Positions 36,473 through 46,005 are shown, counted from the stretch's first letter. The stretch: DNA of 64,000 bases from Oscillospiraceae bacterium (GCA_015064445.1 SVSE01000001.1:277789-341788), one strand, 5' to 3'. Numbers and translations: made by a program. The notes: generated by a model not told the origin, from the sequence alone.

Positions 36473-37963
36473 ATGTTCAAAAACTTCAAAAAGAACGAAA
36501 AGTACTTTAATATCGCTCTTGCAGCATTTACTGTTGGCGCGCTTTTAATACTTCTTGTTTTTGCCCTATTTAACCTTGATAGAATAAACACCATAATAAC
36601 TGGGTTCTTAAAGGCAATCTCAGCTTTTATATATGGTTTTGTTATAGCATATATTTGCAATCCTTTGTATAAGCTTATAAGCAAATACATTTTTAGATTT
36701 GTTGACAAGGGCAAGCCTCGACCAAGGCTAAAGAAAGCACTTTCAATTCTTTTGACTTATGTAGTTGTTTTCCTTATAATTGCAATTTTGCTTTTCACAA
36801 TTGTTCCTTCAATTGTAAAAAATCTCTATGACTTAGTCAGTCAGTTCTCTTCCGAGAAAAATATTGCAAACCTATTCAACAATTTTATAGGCTTAGTTAA
36901 CGATCTTTTCCCTGAATTAAATATCAATATTGATGTTGATAAATTATCAAATGAGATTTTCACAATAGTTAAGAACATTTTCATTGATGAAGATGGAAAG
37001 CTTAGACTTGATAGTATTGAGAGCTTGAGCTCTTATCTTCTCGGCTTCCTTGTTTCATCAATTGACGTTTTGTTCTCCTTAATTGTAGGAATTATTCTTT
37101 CAATTTACTTCTTAATTCATGGTCAAACCATCGGTGCAAAGATGAGAAAGCTCCTTGCAGCGATGTTCAAAAAGAAAAATTACGATAGAATCATTGATTT
37201 TGCAAGATATTCTGACAAAACCTTTGGAAGATATCTTATAGGAACTTTAGCTGATTCAGTGCTTGTTGGAATCATTGTTGGAATTTTAACAGGTCTGCTC
37301 GGACTTTCCTCTTATTCAGTGCTTATCGGTGTTATTGTCGGTATTACTAATGTAATTCCTTTCTTCGGTCCATTTATTGGTGCTATTCCATCTGCTATCA
37401 TTATCTTCATCGAAAATATTCGTATTGAAGATGGACAGATTTGGAAGGTATTTGCATTCGTAATTCTTATTGTAATCGTTCAACAGCTTGACGGAAATGT
37501 ACTTGCACCACATATCATAGGTGGCTCAGTTGGTCTTACTCCTATTGGAGTAATCGCTGCGGTAACTATTTGCTCGCACTTCCTTGGTGTTCTTGGAATG
37601 GTTATTGGAGTTCCACTCTTCGCTGTTCTTGCATATACACTCAAAAAGGTTGTTGACAAAAAGCTTAGAAAGAAAAATATGCCTGCAGATATAGCTCTAT
37701 ATGACCATCCAAATTTCTTTGAAACTGAAGCGTTCAAAAGGGCGTCATTCGAGATTGAGGCTCAGTCAAGACTCGAAATGAAGGAGGCTGTTGAAAAGGC
37801 AAAGGAAAACCTTGAAAATCACCAGCTTGCTGTTCACGAGGCTGAGGAGCGTATTACAAGCGAAAAGGAACAGGTTGCCATGGAGGCTCACACCTCTCCT
37901 GACGAGGCTTATGTCAACACCGCTGAAATTGATATTTCCTCTTCTGATAGTGAAAATAAATAA
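36473..37963 (+). CDS. AI-2E family transporter (PerM/YhhT-like) with acidic C-terminal tail
   Basis: ~8 TM helices with the conserved ..NVIPFFGPFIGAIPS.. and QQLDGNVLAPHIIG motifs. The start at 36473 has a GGAG RBS. The track ATG at 36455 is too close to the predicted TSS. Confidence 0.8.
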   Translation: MFKNFKKNEKYFNIALAAFTVGALLILLVFALFNLDRINTIITGFLKAISAFIYGFVIAYICNPLYKLISKYIFRFVDKGKPRPRLKKALSILLTYVVVFLIIAILLFTIVPSIVKNLYDLVSQFSSEKNIANLFNNFIGLVNDLFPELNINIDVDKLSNEIFTIVKNIFIDEDGKLRLDSIESLSSYLLGFLVSSIDVLFSLIVGIILSIYFLIHGQTIGAKMRKLLAAMFKKKNYDRIIDFARYSDKTFGRYLIGTLADSVLVGIIVGILTGLLGLSSYSVLIGVIVGITNVIPFFGPFIGAIPSAIIIFIENIRIEDGQIWKVFAFVILIVIVQQLDGNVLAPHIIGGSVGLTPIGVIAAVTICSHFLGVLGMVIGVPLFAVLAYTLKKVVDKKLRKKNMPADIALYDHPNFFETEAFKRASFEIEAQSRLEMKEAVEKAKENLENHQLAVHEAEERITSEKEQVAMEAHTSPDEAYVNTAEIDISSSDSENK

Positions 37964-37966
37964 AAC

Positions 37967-37995
37967 AAAAAATCGGGGAATTCCCCGATTTTTTT
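37967..37995 (+). terminator. Rho-independent terminator after the AI-2E gene
   Basis: AAAAAATCGGGGAATTCCCCGATTTTTT. Confidence 0.85.
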
Positions 37996-37996
37996 G

Positions 37997-38050
37997 TTTT
38001 GAATTTGTGATTTTTTGAATTCAAAAATTTGAAAATTTGTAATTATTTGA
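37997..38050. repeat. AT-rich TGAATTT/AAATTCA motif cluster (locus C) with 16-bp perfect palindrome
   Basis: TTTTGAATTTGTGA, then the palindrome TTTTTGAATTCAAAAA (38012-38027), then TTTGAAAATTTG. Confidence 0.4.
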
Positions 38051-38130
38051 TAAAGTCGCTTAGCAAAAGGGATTGTATAACTTTTTATCTTATGAAAATA
38101 ATAATTTTATAACGATTTTAGGAGATAATT

Positions 38131-39360
38131 ATGAGTTTAAAAATTTGTAAAATAAATGCAAGAGAAATAATAGATTCGAGAGGAAATCCAACAGTCGAGG
38201 CAATTGTTATGCTAAGCGATGGTGCGATTGGAAAAGCCTCTGCTCCATCGGGCGCATCGACTGGAAAATATGAAGCGCACGAGCTTCGTGATGGTGGCAA
38301 AAGATACCTTGGAAAGGGTGTGTTAAAAGCTATTGAAAACATCAATGCAACCATTGCTTCAAGTGTGTGTGGATGCGATGCCGATTTTAGAGTTGCTGAT
38401 AACATTATGAAATCCCTTGATGGAACAGAAAACAAATCAAGCTTAGGTGCAAACGCTACACTGGCGGTTTCATTAGCTGTTGCAAAGGCTTGTGCAAGCT
38501 CCTATAAGCTTCCCTTATACAAGCTTTTAGGTGGAGCTTATGCAAGACGCATACCAGCGCCTATGATGAACATTCTAAATGGTGGTGCGCATGCATCTAA
38601 CAATCTTGACATACAAGAATTTATGATTGTTCCAGTTGGATTTGAGCATTTTAGGGATTCATTGCGTGCAGGATGCGAAATTTATCATTCATTAAAGAGG
38701 ATTTTAACATCTCACTCTTATTCTGTATCAGTTGGCGATGAGGGTGGATTTGCGCCAAATCTTTCGAGCGAGGAAGAAGCAATAGAGCTTATCATTTCGG
38801 CTATAAAAACAGCTGGTTATACAACTGACGATGTTAAGATAGCATTGGACATTGCATCAAGCGAATGGGCAAAGGGAAGCAAATATTTCTTGCCTAAGGC
38901 AAGCAAGGAGCTTTCAAGTGATGATTTGATAGAAAAATGGAAGCGCCTTGTCAAGGACTATCCTATAATTTCCGTCGAGGATCCTTTGGGCGAGGAGGAC
39001 TACTCTGCTTGGGAAAAATGTACCTCTGAGCTTAGAAAGGATACAATTTTAGTAGGCGATGATTTGTTTGTAACAAACGAAAGACGCTTGAAATACGGAA
39101 TTGAAAACAGGCTTGCAAATGCAATTTTGATAAAGCCAAATCAAATAGGAACTTTAAGCGAGGCAATAGATGTTATAAGGCTTGCAAAGGACAATGGCTA
39201 TTATACCATAATCTCTCACAGATCCGGAGAAACTGATGACACCTCTATTTCCGACATTGGCGTTGGTTGTGGCACAGAGTTTATAAAAGCTGGTGCGCCA
39301 TGCCGAATGGAGCGAGTTGCAAAATACAACAGACTTCTTGAAATTGAGGACGAATTTTAG
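38131..39360 (+). CDS. eno: Enolase (phosphopyruvate hydratase), lacking the usual ~18-aa C-terminal tail
   Basis: 409 aa with IIDSRGNPTVE, SAPSGASTGKYEAHELRDG, DIQEFMIVP, GDEGGFAPN, VGDDLFVTN, LIKPNQIGTLSE, SHRSGETDD and RVAKYNRLLEIE. Confidence 0.93.
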   Translation: MSLKICKINAREIIDSRGNPTVEAIVMLSDGAIGKASAPSGASTGKYEAHELRDGGKRYLGKGVLKAIENINATIASSVCGCDADFRVADNIMKSLDGTENKSSLGANATLAVSLAVAKACASSYKLPLYKLLGGAYARRIPAPMMNILNGGAHASNNLDIQEFMIVPVGFEHFRDSLRAGCEIYHSLKRILTSHSYSVSVGDEGGFAPNLSSEEEAIELIISAIKTAGYTTDDVKIALDIASSEWAKGSKYFLPKASKELSSDDLIEKWKRLVKDYPIISVEDPLGEEDYSAWEKCTSELRKDTILVGDDLFVTNERRLKYGIENRLANAILIKPNQIGTLSEAIDVIRLAKDNGYYTIISHRSGETDDTSISDIGVGCGTEFIKAGAPCRMERVAKYNRLLEIEDEF

Positions 39361-39379
39361 AAAAAATGGGAATAAATTT

Positions 39380-39406
39380 AAGGCAAGAAAATTAAATTCT
39401 TGCCTT
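39380..39406 (+). terminator. Probable terminator after eno
   Basis: Hairpin AAGGCAAGAAaattaaaTTCTTGCCTT. The trailing T tract is interrupted (GACTTTATT), and the hairpin overlaps the -35 of the SRP RNA promoter. Confidence 0.5.
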
Positions 39407-39433
39407 GACTTTATTATATAAGTATGGTATACT
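39405..39433 (+). promoter_or_regulatory. Sigma-A type promoter for the SRP RNA precursor
   Basis: TTGACT, a 17-nt spacer, then TATACT with a TGg extended -10. Confidence 0.6.
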
Positions 39434-39478
39434 ATTAAAGAATTTAGCGCGCAAGCGTTATTTTTACGATATTTGCGA

Positions 39479-39789
39479 AAAAACAAGTTGTGATGTAAGG
39501 TCATACTAGCTGGGGCGGTAGCGGTGCCCTGAACCTGAAATCCGCTATATGCAGGGGTGAACGCTAATCTGAGGACTGTTTTTGTGTGGTCTGCGCCTTA
39601 AAGGGGTGTGTTGACGGATGAGTCTTACGCAATTTTCGGCTGTGAACCGTGTCAGGTGGGGGACCAAGCAGCACTAAGCAGTTTTGGAGATGTGCCGTGA
39701 GGGCGCTTGTTCTGAGCATCCGTTTCTGGTTTGCGCATGTAAAAGCATTTCGAATTTTGGATGTATGATCTTACATGACAGCTTGTTTT
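39479..39789 (+). ncRNA. ffs: Signal recognition particle RNA, large Bacillus type with Alu domain (boundaries include precursor stem)
   Basis: GCTGGGGCGGTAGCGGTGCCCTGAACCTGAAATCCGCTATATGCAGGGG matches the B. subtilis scRNA 5' Alu domain as remembered. The domain IV core is GTGTCAGGTGGGGGACCAAGCAGCACTAAG. The 5' segment AAAACAAGTTGTGATGTAAGGTCAT pairs with the 3' segment ATGATCTTACATGACAGCTTGTTTT. It sits in the classic position immediately upstream of dnaX. Confidence 0.9.
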
Positions 39790-39815
39790 AATTTTGAAAT
39801 TAGGGGGTTACTATT

Positions 39816-41369
39816 ATGCATCAGGCTTTATACAGAAAATACCGTCCTGCCGTTTTTACAGATGTATCGGGACAGGAGCATATTACTTCTATATTGAAAT
39901 ATGAAGCTCTTCATAATTCAGTATCCCACGCTTACCTTTTTGCAGGCTCAAGAGGTACTGGTAAAACAACCTGTGCTAAAATTCTTGCAAAGGTTGTTAA
40001 CTGTCTTAATCCTATTAACGGAAATCCATGCAACGAGTGCGAAAATTGTCGTTCTATTGACAATGGAACTGCAACTGATGTAATCGAGATGGATGCTGCA
40101 ACAAATACAGGTGTTGATTACATAAGAGACCTAAGAGATAGCGTTGTTTATACTCCTGCTATGCTCAAAAAGCGCGTTTACATTATAGACGAGGCACACA
40201 TGCTCTCAGACAGCGCCTTTAATGCTCTTTTAAAGACTATTGAAGAACCACCAGAGCACGTTCTCTATATTTTTGCGACAACCGAGCCTCATAAAATTCC
40301 TGCGACTATCATTTCAAGATGTCAACGCTTCGATTTTAGAAGAATTACAATGTCTGACCTTGCATCAAGGCTTATGTACATTGCCGAAAAGGAAGGCATT
40401 GAAATCACAAACGACGGTGCACAGCTTATTGCTAAAACTGCACAGGGTGGTATGCGTGACGCCATCAGCTTGATGGAGCTTTGCGCAGGCTCTCACAAAT
40501 TGATTGATGATAAGCTTGTAAACAACATTCTTGGTACAAGCTCATATGATAAAATTTGCAAGGTAGCACAAAACATCAAAAAGGGCAATTATGGTGAGCT
40601 TTTTGGGGTTATAAACGACATAGTCGTTTCATCAAAGGATATTTTGGTATTCTTTGCTGACCTTACAGCCTTTTATAGAGATATGATGGTACAGATTTCT
40701 TGCAAAAATGCTGATTATCTTGACCTTGTTTCTCAAGAAAAGGAAATGCTCAAGGAAACAGCATCACTGTTTGATATGCCGACTCTTCTCTATCATTCGA
40801 GATTGCTTGATGAGGCATACAATAATATGCTGAGAAATCCAACTAATAAGCGCCTTTGTGCTGAAATGACGCTTATGAAAATGTGCGATCCAAAGCTCTC
40901 TGCATCAAATGATGCGATTTTGTCAAGACTCTCATCACTTGAGGACAAGGTTACTCTTATGTCAAGAGGCGTTGTTCCTGCTAATGAGCAATCAGGCAAG
41001 AAAGAGGATGCTAATACTACTCCAGAGCCTAAAATGCCTGCTTTTACCGAAAAGGAAGAGGAACCTCGCTCCGAGCGCGAGCATTCGCTTGAAAATTGGG
41101 GAGAAGTTATTGCAAAGGTTGGCGAGTTTGACCACGCAGTCGAAAGCTTTTTGAAGAATTGCGAGTGCGTTTACTCATCAAAGGATAATAAATATTACAT
41201 TATTTCAGGCAACAAGCTTATGGCGACTATGCTTGGAAGTGAGAAAAATAAGAAATACATTTTTGATTCTATGATTTGTTGTGATGTTGAGGTTTCCTCT
41301 CCATCTCAAATCGAGGTTATTTTAAAAACTATCAAGGCTGAAAAATCAGATCTTGACGATTTTATATGA
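39816..41369 (+). CDS. dnaX: DNA polymerase III subunit gamma/tau
   Basis: 517 aa with Walker A GSRGTGKTT, zinc module CNECENC, IIDEAHML and SRCQRFDF. Confidence 0.95.
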   Translation: MHQALYRKYRPAVFTDVSGQEHITSILKYEALHNSVSHAYLFAGSRGTGKTTCAKILAKVVNCLNPINGNPCNECENCRSIDNGTATDVIEMDAATNTGVDYIRDLRDSVVYTPAMLKKRVYIIDEAHMLSDSAFNALLKTIEEPPEHVLYIFATTEPHKIPATIISRCQRFDFRRITMSDLASRLMYIAEKEGIEITNDGAQLIAKTAQGGMRDAISLMELCAGSHKLIDDKLVNNILGTSSYDKICKVAQNIKKGNYGELFGVINDIVVSSKDILVFFADLTAFYRDMMVQISCKNADYLDLVSQEKEMLKETASLFDMPTLLYHSRLLDEAYNNMLRNPTNKRLCAEMTLMKMCDPKLSASNDAILSRLSSLEDKVTLMSRGVVPANEQSGKKEDANTTPEPKMPAFTEKEEEPRSEREHSLENWGEVIAKVGEFDHAVESFLKNCECVYSSKDNKYYIISGNKLMATMLGSEKNKKYIFDSMICCDVEVSSPSQIEVILKTIKAEKSDLDDFI

Positions 41370-41385
41370 TAAGGTGGTATAGATT

Positions 41386-41721
41386 ATGAAGGCTATGGTT
41401 CCAAAGGGTCCGAGTATGAATGAAATGCTCCGTCAGGCTCAAAAAATGCAAGAGGATATGCAGAATAAGCAGGCTGAGCTTGAGGCAAAGGAATACGATG
41501 TTTCCGCAGGTGGCGGTGTTATAAAAATTAAAATCAACGGTAAGCGCGAGATTCTTTCTATTGACCTTGCTCCTGAAATCGTTGATCCAGATGATATTGA
41601 CACATTGAACGATATTATCGTTGCAGGCGTTAACGAGGCTATTAAGAAGGTAAATGCAGACGCTGATGAGGAAATGAAGAAGGTTACTGGTCCTCTTGGC
41701 GGTATGCCAGGTATGTTCTAA
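41386..41721 (+). CDS. ybaB: Nucleoid-associated protein YbaB/EbfC
   Basis: 111 aa: NEMLRQAQKMQEDMQ....EL......SAGGGVIKIKINGKREI.SI.L.PE..DPDD.D.L.D.I.AG.NEA. Confidence 0.9.
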   Translation: MKAMVPKGPSMNEMLRQAQKMQEDMQNKQAELEAKEYDVSAGGGVIKIKINGKREILSIDLAPEIVDPDDIDTLNDIIVAGVNEAIKKVNADADEEMKKVTGPLGGMPGMF

Positions 41722-42320
41722 TGGAGCTTTTGTTAAAGCCATTACAGGACCTTGCAGACAAGTTTCGTTCTCTTGACGGTGTTGGTAAGAAAAGCGCTGT
41801 TAAAATGGCTTTTTCCGTGCTTAATATGAGCGAGGATGAGGCTAAGGCGTTTTCTGACGCTATCATTGCGGCAAAAACTCAAATTGGCATTTGCAAGTGC
41901 TGTCAAAATATTTCAGCATCTGAAATCTGCTCTATTTGCGATTCCGCATCGCGTGACCGTTCGGTTATTTGCGTTGTCGAGGATGCGCAGGGCGTTATGG
42001 CGCTTGAAAAGGTCAAGGAGTTTAATGGCGTTTACCATGTGCTTCACGGTACAATTTCTCCTATGAAGGGAATTGGCCCTGATCAGCTTAAAATCAAGGA
42101 GCTTCTTGCCCGTATTGACAGCGAGGATGTTTCTGAGGTTATTATTGCCACAAATCCCACAGTTGAGGGAGAGGCTACCGCTATGTACATTTCAAGGCTC
42201 TTAAAGCCATTTGAAATAAAGGTTACAAGAATTGCCAACGGTCTTCCAGTTGGTGCAGATTTGGAATATGCAGATGAGGTTACACTCTATCGTGCAATTC
42301 AAGGAAGAAGAGATATTTAA
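41721..42320 (+). CDS. recR: Recombination protein RecR
   Basis: 199 aa with a helix-hairpin-helix N-terminus, Cys4 finger CKCCQNISASEICSICDS, and Toprim VVEDAQGVMALE/ATNPTVEGEATA. The start overlaps the ybaB stop (TAATG). Confidence 0.95.
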   Translation: MELLLKPLQDLADKFRSLDGVGKKSAVKMAFSVLNMSEDEAKAFSDAIIAAKTQIGICKCCQNISASEICSICDSASRDRSVICVVEDAQGVMALEKVKEFNGVYHVLHGTISPMKGIGPDQLKIKELLARIDSEDVSEVIIATNPTVEGEATAMYISRLLKPFEIKVTRIANGLPVGADLEYADEVTLYRAIQGRRDI

Positions 42321-42337
42321 ATTTTGTCAGGTATACA

Positions 42338-43447
42338 ATGAATTACATTTTTTTCGACATTGAATGCGCCAACTGCTTTCAAGGAAAGGGAAAAATATGT
42401 TCATTTGGATATGTCATCACAAACGAGCGATTTAGAGTTTTAGAAAAGCGAGATATCGTTATAAACCCCCGTTCAAAGTTCCATTTGGCTGGGCGAGGAA
42501 ATCATCCTGGTATCGTTTTAGCCTATGATGAGGCTGAATTCAAAGCTGCTCCGTTGTTCTCTGCTTATTACGATGAAATAAGAGAGCTTTTGCAGGACGA
42601 AAATAACATTGTTTTTGGATTTTCGGTTATGTCCGACGCAGGATTTATAAAAAGCGAGTGCGAAAGATACAAAAAAGAGGTATTCGACTACAACTTCATT
42701 GATGTTCAAAGAATATATACCGATATGCACTCTCTTACAAACACTCCTGGACTTATCAAATGTGCATCCGAATATGGTGTAAAGCAAACGCAAGAGATAC
42801 ATAAAAGTGATGATGACGCCTTCTTTACTATGCGCGTTATGAAGGGCTTATGTAAGGAATCAAGGCTTTCTCCACTTGAGCTTATTGAAAAATATCCCAA
42901 CTGCAAGTGTTGGAGCAAAAACGGAGAGCTCGACAATGAATTTGTCAAGTTTAAGGCTATTCAAAAGGCAAACAGGCTCTCTAAAATGGAAAAGCTTACA
43001 GGTAGTAAGCGCTCAAACTGGATGTATTCCAAAAGTGATAATCACAATGAGTTTGTAAAGTATGCATCGAATGTTTTCGTGCACTATTCTTCTCCATCTC
43101 CTCTTTGTGGCAAAAGAATATGCTTTAGCAATCTTTATGAGGAATTTCATTTCAGCGAAATGATGAATATAGTTTCCGAGCTCGCAAAGCACGGTGTAAG
43201 ATATACTCACAAGCCATATGCATGTGATATATTTGTAACATATTCACTGAAAAATAAAAATGATGAGGAATACGAGTGCTTCCGCTTAAACAAGGCGTTA
43301 AAGTGTGCCGAGAGTGGCGAAAGAAGCATTGAATTCATCTCAATTGATGAGCTTATTGAAATGCTCAATTTGAATAAGGACGAAATAGCAAATCTTGACA
43401 GGAGCAAGCTATCTGCTCTTTGGAAAAGAAGCCCTGCTAATGTCTAA
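42338..43447 (+). CDS. DEDDh-type 3'-5' exonuclease with C-terminal BRCT-like domain
   Basis: 369 aa. ExoI is FFDIECAN, ExoII is FGFSVMSDAGF, and ExoIII is HKSDDDAFFTMRVM. The C-terminal GKRICFSNLYEEFHFSEMMNIVSELAKHGVRYTHKPYACDIFVTY resembles a BRCT core. Confidence 0.6.
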   Translation: MNYIFFDIECANCFQGKGKICSFGYVITNERFRVLEKRDIVINPRSKFHLAGRGNHPGIVLAYDEAEFKAAPLFSAYYDEIRELLQDENNIVFGFSVMSDAGFIKSECERYKKEVFDYNFIDVQRIYTDMHSLTNTPGLIKCASEYGVKQTQEIHKSDDDAFFTMRVMKGLCKESRLSPLELIEKYPNCKCWSKNGELDNEFVKFKAIQKANRLSKMEKLTGSKRSNWMYSKSDNHNEFVKYASNVFVHYSSPSPLCGKRICFSNLYEEFHFSEMMNIVSELAKHGVRYTHKPYACDIFVTYSLKNKNDEEYECFRLNKALKCAESGERSIEFISIDELIEMLNLNKDEIANLDRSKLSALWKRSPANV

Positions 43448-43452
43448 AATCA

Positions 43453-43487
43453 AAGCCCCCGATAAAGAATCGGGGGCTTGGTTTTTT
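43453..43487. terminator. Rho-independent terminator between convergent genes
   Basis: AAGCCCCCGATaaagaATCGGGGGCTT followed by GGTTTTTT. Confidence 0.8.
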
Positions 43488-44172
43488 ATTTAAAGATTTC
43501 TAAATTGCCTTTGAGAATTCGCTTTCTTAAAATTGAATAATATTCCTCAAGTGGCGAGCCATTTAAAAGCTCGGTATTTTTTCTTATTGTATCAACGAGT
43601 AGCTCAGGGCTGAGATTTTTCTCTCCACCTGAGCAAAGCACGGTGTGAATAACAAGCTCATTTTGCTCAATTTTAGCAGAAAATGAGTTTATATATTCCT
43701 TAATATTTATTTCCTTTTCGCTTCCCTTTGATTTTTTGATTACAAAGAGGTCGTGTGAGAACATATTCTCAAGTTTTTCACAAATCCCATCACTTATTTT
43801 TGTTGAATTGATACGAATTTCGTAATCAATATAAGCAATTTCCTTTATTTTAGCTTCAGGGAAATAAACATCAAGCGCTTCCATTTCTGATGGAAAATTA
43901 TCATTTAAGCGACGCTTAATCTCATCGCACTCCATAGGAGTGTTTATTTTTATATCCATAAGCTCGCACTCGCTTTCAACTCCGACTGGGAGTGGGCAAG
44001 CAAACACGATTCTTGGTTGAGGATTAAAGCCCTCGCTATACCAAATATCAATACCAGACCTTACCATTATTCTCTGCATTGTACGAGAAAGGTCAAGGTG
44101 CGATATATACATAAGAGAGCCATACTTCTTGAATTTGATTCTGACCTTTATTGCTTCATTTTCGGACACCAT
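43486..44172 (-). CDS. TIGR03936-family radical-SAM-associated protein (DUF2344)
   Basis: 228 aa with KFKKYGSLMYISHLDL.RTMQR...RSGI....SEGFNP.PRI.FA.PLPVG. It overlaps the 3' end of the TIGR03960 gene by 25 nt, the usual pairing. Confidence 0.75.
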   Translation of the reverse strand: MVSENEAIKVRIKFKKYGSLMYISHLDLSRTMQRIMVRSGIDIWYSEGFNPQPRIVFACPLPVGVESECELMDIKINTPMECDEIKRRLNDNFPSEMEALDVYFPEAKIKEIAYIDYEIRINSTKISDGICEKLENMFSHDLFVIKKSKGSEKEINIKEYINSFSAKIEQNELVIHTVLCSGGEKNLSPELLVDTIRKNTELLNGSPLEEYYSILRKRILKGNLEIFK

Positions 44173-45998
44173 GTCATATCTCCTCCAAGCTTATTTGCTC
44201 CACAGCCTGAGCATTTTTCCTTACAGTTAGGCGTTGTTACGCTTTCGTATGCCTTTTTGCTCTCGCTCATCATAAATTTCTTTGAAACGCCGATGTCGAT
44301 AACATCCCAAGGAAGTATTTCATCATAGCCCATTCTTCTATTTGCATAGAAATCGGGATCTATTCCACACTCCTCAAAGACCTGCATCCACTTTTCGTAA
44401 TCGAAATGCTCGTCCCATGCATCAAAGCGCATTCCCTTTTGTTGAGCGCACAAAATAGCCCTTGAAAGGCGTCTGTTGCCCTTTGAGAATACTGCCTCAA
44501 GCCTTGAAACCTTTGCCTCGTGCCATGTGTATCTTATCTTACGGTCTGTAATCTTCTCTGCAAGATATTTTTGCTTATCACAAAGCTCCTCAAGAGAGTT
44601 TTGAGGCTCCCATTGGAATGGTGTGTGTGGCTTTGGAACAAAGCAAGAAACACTAACGGTTACGGTGACAGGCTTTTTCGAACGGTTTGGAGTTTTATAA
44701 TACTCATCAACGACTCTTGAGGCAAGAGAGGAAATGCCCTCGATATCCTCATAGGTTTCAGTTGGCAATCCGTTCATAAAATAGAGCTTGACCTGACTTT
44801 TTCCACCCTCAAATGCGAGTCTTACTGCGTTCATAAGATCCTTTTCATAAAGGTTCTTATTTATCGCATCACGAAGGCGCTGTGTACCTGCCTCGGGTGC
44901 GAATGTAAGACCTGACTGACGGATTGAGCTTACCTTATTCATAAGCTCCTTAGTAAAGCTATCTGCACGAAGTGATGGCAAGGAAAGATTTATCTTGTTT
45001 GGATTAGTCCATTCAAGAAGCTTATCTGTCGCCTCGTGTAAGCACGAATAATCGCTTATAGAAAGTGAGGTAAGGGATATTTCAGTATATCCTGTATTTT
45101 CAAAAATCTCGCGCGCCTGACAGTTGAGCACCTCTGCGCTCTTTTCACGAACAGGACGGAATACCATTCCTGCCTGACAGAAGCGACAGCCCCTTATACA
45201 GCCACGGAAGGTTTCAAGCATTATTCTATCGTGTACGACCTCAATAAAAGGCATTATTGGCTTTGTTGGGAAGCAAGAGGTATTAAGATCCTTTATTATT
45301 CTCTTTTCAACTCTTTTTGGTACATCGTCATACTTTGGCTCAAAGGAGCTAATTGTTCCGTCCTCGTTATACCTAACCTCGTAAAGAGATGGCACATAGA
45401 AGCCCTTTAGGTGAGATGCCTCTCTTAAAAAGGCAGTTTTGGTATATGTACCATTTCCCTTCATTCGCATATATAGCTCGGCAAGCTCTGGTAGAGCCTC
45501 CTCGCCCTCGCCTATGCTGAAAATGTCAAAGAAATCAGCAACTGGCTCGGCATTATATGCACACGGACCTCCTCCCAAAATAACGGGATCGTCCTCTCCT
45601 CTATCGCAAGCAAGCATAGGAATTCCTGCCAAATCGAGCATATTTATTGCTGTTGTATAACAAAGCTCATATTGAAGCGAAAATGCTACAATATCGAAAT
45701 CCTTAACATTATCCTTGCTTTCGTGGGCGAAAAGAGGTATTTTATGCTCACGCATTTGCTCCTCCATATCTGTCCAAGGCGCATAAACTCTTTCACACCA
45801 AACATCTGGCATTGAATTGAGTGCGCCATAAAGGAGCCTAACACCGAGGTTAGACATTCCTATTTCATAGGTATCTGGAAAGCAAAACGCAATTCTGCAT
45901 TTTATATTCTTTTTATCCTTGATTATTTGTCCATACTCTCCACCAGTATATCTACCTGGCTTAGAAACAGACTTTAAAATTGAGCTTAGATTTTGCAT
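44148..45998 (-). CDS. TIGR03960-family B12-binding-domain radical SAM protein
   Basis: 616 aa with a CxxxCxxC cluster in FRGCIRGCRFCQAG, an N-terminal B12-like Rossmann region, and C-terminal Cys-rich CKEKCSGCG. Confidence 0.8.
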   Translation of the reverse strand: MQNLSSILKSVSKPGRYTGGEYGQIIKDKKNIKCRIAFCFPDTYEIGMSNLGVRLLYGALNSMPDVWCERVYAPWTDMEEQMREHKIPLFAHESKDNVKDFDIVAFSLQYELCYTTAINMLDLAGIPMLACDRGEDDPVILGGGPCAYNAEPVADFFDIFSIGEGEEALPELAELYMRMKGNGTYTKTAFLREASHLKGFYVPSLYEVRYNEDGTISSFEPKYDDVPKRVEKRIIKDLNTSCFPTKPIMPFIEVVHDRIMLETFRGCIRGCRFCQAGMVFRPVREKSAEVLNCQAREIFENTGYTEISLTSLSISDYSCLHEATDKLLEWTNPNKINLSLPSLRADSFTKELMNKVSSIRQSGLTFAPEAGTQRLRDAINKNLYEKDLMNAVRLAFEGGKSQVKLYFMNGLPTETYEDIEGISSLASRVVDEYYKTPNRSKKPVTVTVSVSCFVPKPHTPFQWEPQNSLEELCDKQKYLAEKITDRKIRYTWHEAKVSRLEAVFSKGNRRLSRAILCAQQKGMRFDAWDEHFDYEKWMQVFEECGIDPDFYANRRMGYDEILPWDVIDIGVSKKFMMSESKKAYESVTTPNCKEKCSGCGANKLGGDMTWCPKMKQ

Positions 45999-46005
45999 TT
46001 TTGAT

